From: Pseudomonadota bacterium
GTDB lineage: Bacteria; Desulfobacterota; Desulfobacteria; Desulfobacterales; JBDRRP01
DNA: 20,000 nt
Direction of reading: 5' to 3'
NCBI GenBank assembly: GCA_043825735.1
Contig: JBDRRP010000107.1
Coordinates: forward strand, 294,304-314,303
Positions 15,719 through 20,000 of this stretch are shown here, in pieces. Below the pieces are notes generated by a model. That model saw nothing but the letters and a program-made list of their open reading frames with translations, was not told where the DNA came from and did not search any database. Made by a program: the position numbers and the translations under genes. The first letter of the stretch is position 1. Each line of letters begins with the position of its first letter.

Positions 15719-16681
15719 TTACACTGCAATTTGCTTCACCTGCAGGTTTTCGACATCCATGCGGCCAAGGCCCGCTTCATGGGCCATCTTGATGTGATCG
15801 ATCTGTCCGGGATGAAGGCGCCCCCCATTCCAGGTGCACAACTTGACGGTCATCGCATCGGCGGCCACCATGTCCGCCGATGCGATGACCTTGTTTTCGG
15901 CGATGATGTCACCGGGCCCATGGGGCCCGTTGGTGGACAGCACGCGTGTAGCATCGACCACCACGAGCTGCGGCTTTAGACGGGTGGCCAGCTTTACTAT
16001 GGAAGCGTCCAACCGTGCGATCCCATGCAAGGCCTGGCGGTCGTAGACCAGCCCCATCATGCCCTTCATGGAAAGACTGACACCGGTGGTTTCGTGTTCT
16101 TTGGCCTTGGGTGCCGCAATCAGGACATCCGCGCTCAACACCTCTTTCATGACATCCGCCTCATTGAAGCCAATCCATGAATCGGACACGCTGACTGGCG
16201 AGAATTGGTCGGCATCTTCAATGGCAGCGACCATTCCGGGCTTGATGGGGTCGCAGGCTTGCCGAATGTCTTCGATACAGAATTTGGAAAAACCCGTTGG
16301 GTGATCCAGAATACGGACTGCACCGGCGCTTGCCTCAAGGCACATGACGGCCAACTCCCGCACGATTCCGGCATCGGTGTTGGTGGCGTGCGCCTGTCCT
16401 TTGCCAAAACTCATGTTTGGCTTGATGACCACCTTCTGCCCAGGCTTGACGAACCGTTTCATTCCCCCGAGGGCATCAACGGCAGCCCGCGCTGCGGGCC
16501 CCGGAGCGCCGGTGACCACGCTGATATCGGGATAGGCTCCGGCGAACACGCCCCGAGGCAGCCACAGGCCGGATGCACCAGCGGCCAGATAGAAAGCCCC
16601 TTTGAGTTGCGTTTTGAGAAAATCCCGGCGGGTTGACATGTCGCTACGAACGGCCGAGTTCGCAATCGTGCAGGGTTTCAT
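15719..16681 (-). CDS. Tat-exported DUF362 domain protein
   Basis: Twin-arginine motif STRRDFLK; 'ALGGMKRFVKPGQKVVIKPN', 'KEHETTGVSLSMKGMMG', 'VVVDATRVL...GP', 'DMVAAD'. AAGGAGG 6 nt upstream of ATG 16681. Confidence 0.88.
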   Translation of the reverse strand: MKPCTIANSAVRSDMSTRRDFLKTQLKGAFYLAAGASGLWLPRGVFAGAYPDISVVTGAPGPAARAAVDALGGMKRFVKPGQKVVIKPNMSFGKGQAHATNTDAGIVRELAVMCLEASAGAVRILDHPTGFSKFCIEDIRQACDPIKPGMVAAIEDADQFSPVSVSDSWIGFNEADVMKEVLSADVLIAAPKAKEHETTGVSLSMKGMMGLVYDRQALHGIARLDASIVKLATRLKPQLVVVDATRVLSTNGPHGPGDIIAENKVIASADMVAADAMTVKLCTWNGGRLHPGQIDHIKMAHEAGLGRMDVENLQVKQIAV

Positions 16682-17204
16682 TAGCGCCCTCCTTATGGGA
16701 GACGTGGGATTATGGGCGCAGTATATACTCATATGAGTATTTTGCAAGAATTTACTGAGCCATGTCCGATAGCATCCTCAGACACTTCTAAGAATCGGCG
16801 AATATTACCTATATATACAAAATTATTATGTAAAATTATTATTTTCGACGCATTGCCTGCCAGGGAATACAGGCGAAAATTCGCTTGAAATAGAACCGAA
16901 TGAATAATCATAAATGCCCAAATGGGCATTTTGATGGAGTAGGGATACATTTAAAATTAAAAAATTCTCAAAATATCCGGTGAAGGTTTGTCCAAAGCAA
17001 CGGGGATCTTCACAGGGACAAATCTACCAACGGGGACCTGATTCCAATTTGGGACGCCAAATCTTAAGAAGGCAATACCGGGGAGGTGTCCTGGCCAATA
17101 AGTGGTCTTCCGTCAACAACGTCCCGTTTTCTTTCGCTTTGGTGGTGATTTAAGAGGGGCTGGGCAGGAGGCCCGCTTAGGGAGGGCGTGGAAAACGAAT
17201 TGGC

Positions 17205-18374
17205 CTATCTGTCTGGTAGTTCCGTGCCCCGATTTATGACTTCGATATAACCTGCATAGCTAAATAGTCGGTTGCGTCTTCTGGCGGTGAGCTCCTTCAC
17301 GATGCCGAGTTGCACCAGGTGTACGAGCGTCTTGTTGACCGTAGCCGAGGTGATACCGGTTTTTTCCACCAACCAGCCCGATGTGGCGATGGGACGTTCC
17401 ATTAGTGCTCGGTGGACCCGCAGCGTGGATGCCGCCGCACGGCCAAGGCCGCTGATCTTGTCCCGGTCCTGATTTGACAGATCGAGAAGCTGCTGCGCCG
17501 TTTCCACCGCCTGGGTGGCGGTGACGATGACCGCCTCGGCGAAAAAATCGAGCCATGCCTCCCAGTCACCGGTCATGCGCACGTTGTTGAGCAGTTCGTA
17601 GTAATACTGGCGATGCGTCTTGAAGTAGAGACTGAGGTAGAGCATCGGCTCCCGCAGCACCTTCTGCTCGCACAACAACAGCGTGACCAGCAGACGACCC
17701 AAACGGCCATTGCCGTCAAGAAACGGGTGGATCGTCTCGAACTGGACATGGGCCAAGGCCGCTTTGAGCAGCACCGGGGTCGGCTCGGGCTGGTCATGCA
17801 GGAAGCGTTCGAGCTTGCTCATGCACTCGAGCACCGCTTCTGCCGGCGGCGGAACGAAGGCAGCATTGCCGGGCCGGGTGCCGCCGATCCAGTTCTGGCT
17901 GCGCCGGAACGCTCCAGGGGTCTGGTTGCTACCCCGTCCCTTGGTCAGAAGCACGCCGTGTATCTCCCGAAACAGCCGAAGGGTCAGCGGCAGCCCTTCT
18001 TTCAGCAGGCGCAGGCCATGGTCGAGCGCTGCGACATAGTTGCTGACCTCCCGGACATCATCCAGTGGGACGCCCGGCTGCTGATCCAGTTCGAACATCA
18101 GCAGGTCCGAAAGCGACGACTGCGTCCCCTCGATCATGGAGGAGAGCACCGCCTCCTTGCGAACGTACATGTAGAGAAACAGCGACGTATCCGGCAACAG
18201 GGTCGAGACACTGTCCAGTCGCCCCAGTCCCAGCAGCGCCTGGTCGAACTTGCTGCGCAGCGCCGGCGTCCAGTCGATCGGTGGCCGCGGCGGCAGCGGT
18301 GCGGGCACGAAGGCCTGCGCCTTCTCGCTCACCGTCGAAATAGTCACATATTTTCCTTGGAGGTCTCGTTTCAT
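17205..18374 (-). CDS. Fic family adenylyltransferase with N-terminal inhibitory helix and C-terminal HTH
   Basis: Canonical Fic motif HPFLDGNGRLGR, inhibitory (S/T)xxxE(G/N) motif SSMIEG, and an HTH-like C-terminus 'LVEKTGITSATVNKTLVHLVQLGIVKE'. Confidence 0.95.
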   Translation of the reverse strand: MKRDLQGKYVTISTVSEKAQAFVPAPLPPRPPIDWTPALRSKFDQALLGLGRLDSVSTLLPDTSLFLYMYVRKEAVLSSMIEGTQSSLSDLLMFELDQQPGVPLDDVREVSNYVAALDHGLRLLKEGLPLTLRLFREIHGVLLTKGRGSNQTPGAFRRSQNWIGGTRPGNAAFVPPPAEAVLECMSKLERFLHDQPEPTPVLLKAALAHVQFETIHPFLDGNGRLGRLLVTLLLCEQKVLREPMLYLSLYFKTHRQYYYELLNNVRMTGDWEAWLDFFAEAVIVTATQAVETAQQLLDLSNQDRDKISGLGRAAASTLRVHRALMERPIATSGWLVEKTGITSATVNKTLVHLVQLGIVKELTARRRNRLFSYAGYIEVINRGTELPDR

Positions 18375-18392
18375 CAGGATGGCCTGGAACCT

Positions 18393-18414
18393 AAATTAAG
18401 ATTTATCTTAATTT
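18393..18414. promoter_or_regulatory. Palindromic operator candidate upstream of the fic gene
   Basis: AAATTAAGAT-TT-ATCTTAATTT (10-2-10 inverted repeat) about 20 nt upstream of the fic start, in an AT-rich promoter-like region. Confidence 0.55.
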
Positions 18415-18564
18415 TATCTTTCAGTGTTATTCTAAAATAAAGAACCGGAAAGGAAAAAGCAAGTGCTGTGATGCGTTTTCAGGATCAAGGCTCGTTTGTC
18501 CACCACTTAACTGCCAAATCAGGGGCTAAGCAATGTCAAGAAAACGATTTGCGCTGCCCGCAGC

Positions 18565-18720
18565 TCAGCCCCATAGTCGGCCGTTTGCGAATGCACGGCC
18601 CGATCCGGATTTGAGGTATTTTTCAAATTGTGCCACCAGATCGTGATCGGAAAAGGCGAGGTAGGTGACCAGCCGCCAGGGCCGGTATTTTGCCGTGTGA
18701 GGGGATTGGCCGGCGTTGTG
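18565..18720 (-). pseudogene. 3' fragment of a small GIY-YIG nuclease gene (fragment A)
   Basis: Manual translation HNAGQSPHTAKYRPWRLVTYLAFSDHDLVAQFEKYLKSGSGRAFANGRLWG* matches the C-terminal half of small YazA/SLX1-like GIY-YIG proteins. No start codon and no GIY/YIG motifs. Confidence 0.85.
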
Positions 18721-18721
18721 T

Positions 18722-18829
18722 CTACCAGAGCCGCTTTCTGGCGAAGGCGATGCCAGAATGCGATTTCAGGTATTTTTCGAAATCGAGCGCTGTCAGCCTA
18801 TTTTTAAAGGCCAGGTAGGTGACAACCTG
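18722..18829 (-). pseudogene. 3' fragment of a second, paralogous GIY-YIG nuclease gene (fragment B)
   Basis: Manual translation QVVTYLAFKNRLTALDFEKYLKSHSGIAFARKRLW* is collinear with fragment A and differs at many synonymous positions. Confidence 0.8.
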
Positions 18830-18932
18830 CAATTGCACGAGTTGGAAATTGCGAAAGCGCAGAAAATTCTCGGGCAGCCGTTTTCGCCTCGACAGCGGAG
18901 GTTCGATCAGTGATTTGTCAGGCTGCAGGGTG

Positions 18933-19289
18933 TCATGGCGGCAACTGGCTTTTGAAAGTTTTCAGTAGCGGCAACAGACCCGGCACATCATTTTGAATGA
19001 TGCTCCACAGGGTATCGTCATCGATACCGAGGTAGCCATGAATCAACCGGTTGCGGGTGGCTATGATTAGGCGCCAGGGAATTTCGGGGTGCGTCGTCCT
19101 GACCTCATCCGGAATATGGGAAGCAGCTTCGCCGATGAGTTCCAGATTGCGCAAGGTGGCATCATAGGTGAGATCGGTGGTCACGAAACTGTCTTGATCG
19201 AAACCATCGGTGTAATAGAGCACCTTTTGGGCAAATTCGATCATGTCGTCAAGGTAGAAGCGTCATTCGCGTTGGGTAGAATCAGACAT
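18933..19289 (-). pseudogene. hepT: HepT-like (DUF86) HEPN ribonuclease toxin with an in-frame TGA at codon 9
   Basis: ATG 19289 overlaps the antitoxin end and reads MSDSTQRE*RFYLDDMIEFAQKVL...LELIGEAA...IPWR...RNRLIHGY (HEPN RX4H). TGA at 19265-19263. A 103-aa restart at ATG 19244 is possible. Confidence 0.8.
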
Positions 19290-19572
19290 TGACCCGTCCC
19301 TGTTCGATGTAAGGGCGCAGTTCCGGGCGAAGGGCCTTTTCGGTGACCAGATCGACCGGGCAGCCGAGCAGGTCTTCCAGGTAGAACTGTACACCGAAAT
19401 AACGCTTGGAGGTCGCCGGGCCGTCGAAGGCGACCAGGATGTCAATGTCACTGGCGCTGGCTGCTTCACCTCGTGCGGTTGAGCCGAAAATCGCCAGCCG
19501 GGTCACGCCGAAACGGGCTTGAAGCTCCGGTTTGCTGCGGGCAAGCAATTCAAGAGCGCGTTGTTTTTTCAT
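19282..19572 (-). CDS. mntA: Minimal nucleotidyltransferase antitoxin (MntA family)
   Basis: 'FGSTARGEAASASDIDILV' (GSX10DXD), 'LEDLLGCPVDLVT'; 96 aa, directly upstream of the HEPN gene. Confidence 0.92.
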   Translation of the reverse strand: MKKQRALELLARSKPELQARFGVTRLAIFGSTARGEAASASDIDILVAFDGPATSKRYFGVQFYLEDLLGCPVDLVTEKALRPELRPYIEQGRVNV

Positions 19573-20000
19573 CTTAAAATCTCCCGGACACGGCTGCTTA
19601 CCGCAGGTTTCATCTCAAACGCCTGAAACACAAGGCGCGCGAGTGCCATTGAAATAACAGTTTCATATAATATTTGCCATGTCCCGTGCAATGTAAACAG
19701 GAAATGTCCGACAGATCTCGATACATTCCAATAAGAAAGCCCGTTGAACGCGAGTGAGAAAATAATTCCTGACCAGGCCCGCCAGTGTGTGAGAGGTTTT
19801 CCGAACTGGGCGCGAGCGCGCTGAATGCGTCATCAGTCGCGGCTCTGGATTTACGTTACAACTCAACTTTCGGGATTCGTTGAGAAGCTGATATTTCTGT
19901 TTCTCACGAGGCCCAAAGTATTCATGGTCACATCCATGGCTACATAGAAAAAGGCCTCGAACGTTTTCTGGCAATAGGATCCAATGAATCGCAATCGATC

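Noticed and set aside
16743..16762. Sigma-54 promoter for DUF362 (TGGC...TTGCA on the minus strand)
   Set aside because: GG-to-GC spacing is 14 nt rather than the required 10.
18565..18829. DGR TR/VR explanation for the paired GIY-YIG fragments
   Set aside because: Differences involve all bases and are largely synonymous at conserved residues, not A-to-N.
19263..19265. Selenocysteine recoding of the hepT TGA
   Set aside because: The position corresponds to Trp rather than Cys as far as I recall, and no convincing SECIS-like hairpin is evident immediately downstream.
19663..19974. 103-aa minus-strand ORF at the window end
   Set aside because: No recognisable motif and atypical composition. 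The frame is open to the window edge, so it cannot be excluded, but it is not supportable as a gene.

Overview
GC-rich bacterial chromosomal window. Gene content (KamA, Tat-exported DUF362, PAS-HisKA proteins without an ATPase domain) and intergenic repeat types suggest a Desulfobacterales-like deltaproteobacterium; this is inference. 1-5930 (+): 3' end of an RND permease, then a translationally coupled OMF / MacA-like adaptor / ABC ATPase / MacB-like permease efflux operon. 6238-13070 (-): DUF2959 lipoprotein, an 83-aa orphan, a Phd/YefM-VapC toxin-antitoxin pair, a secreted thermonuclease-HhH fusion, a Ca2+/Na+ antiporter, a lower-GC KamA-type radical SAM aminomutase and an OFA-type MFS transporter. 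13463-16681: triple-PAS HisKA protein lacking HATPase, a ~146-bp MITE-like element, a Met-rich small lipoprotein and a DUF362 protein. 17205-19572 (-): accessory patch with Fic, two tandem unannotated 3' fragments of different GIY-YIG nuclease genes, and an MntA-HepT pair whose toxin has an in-frame TGA at codon 9. The most unusual signal is non-coding: many intergenic regions hold a different short-repeat or palindromic element (7-mer AACATCG inverted arrays, 6-mer ATCGNN elements present twice with a conserved core, a CACGAG array, a GTCATCCCGG REP-like pair, a CCCCTCCC hairpin, a MITE, GGGAC motifs), with no transposase in the window.
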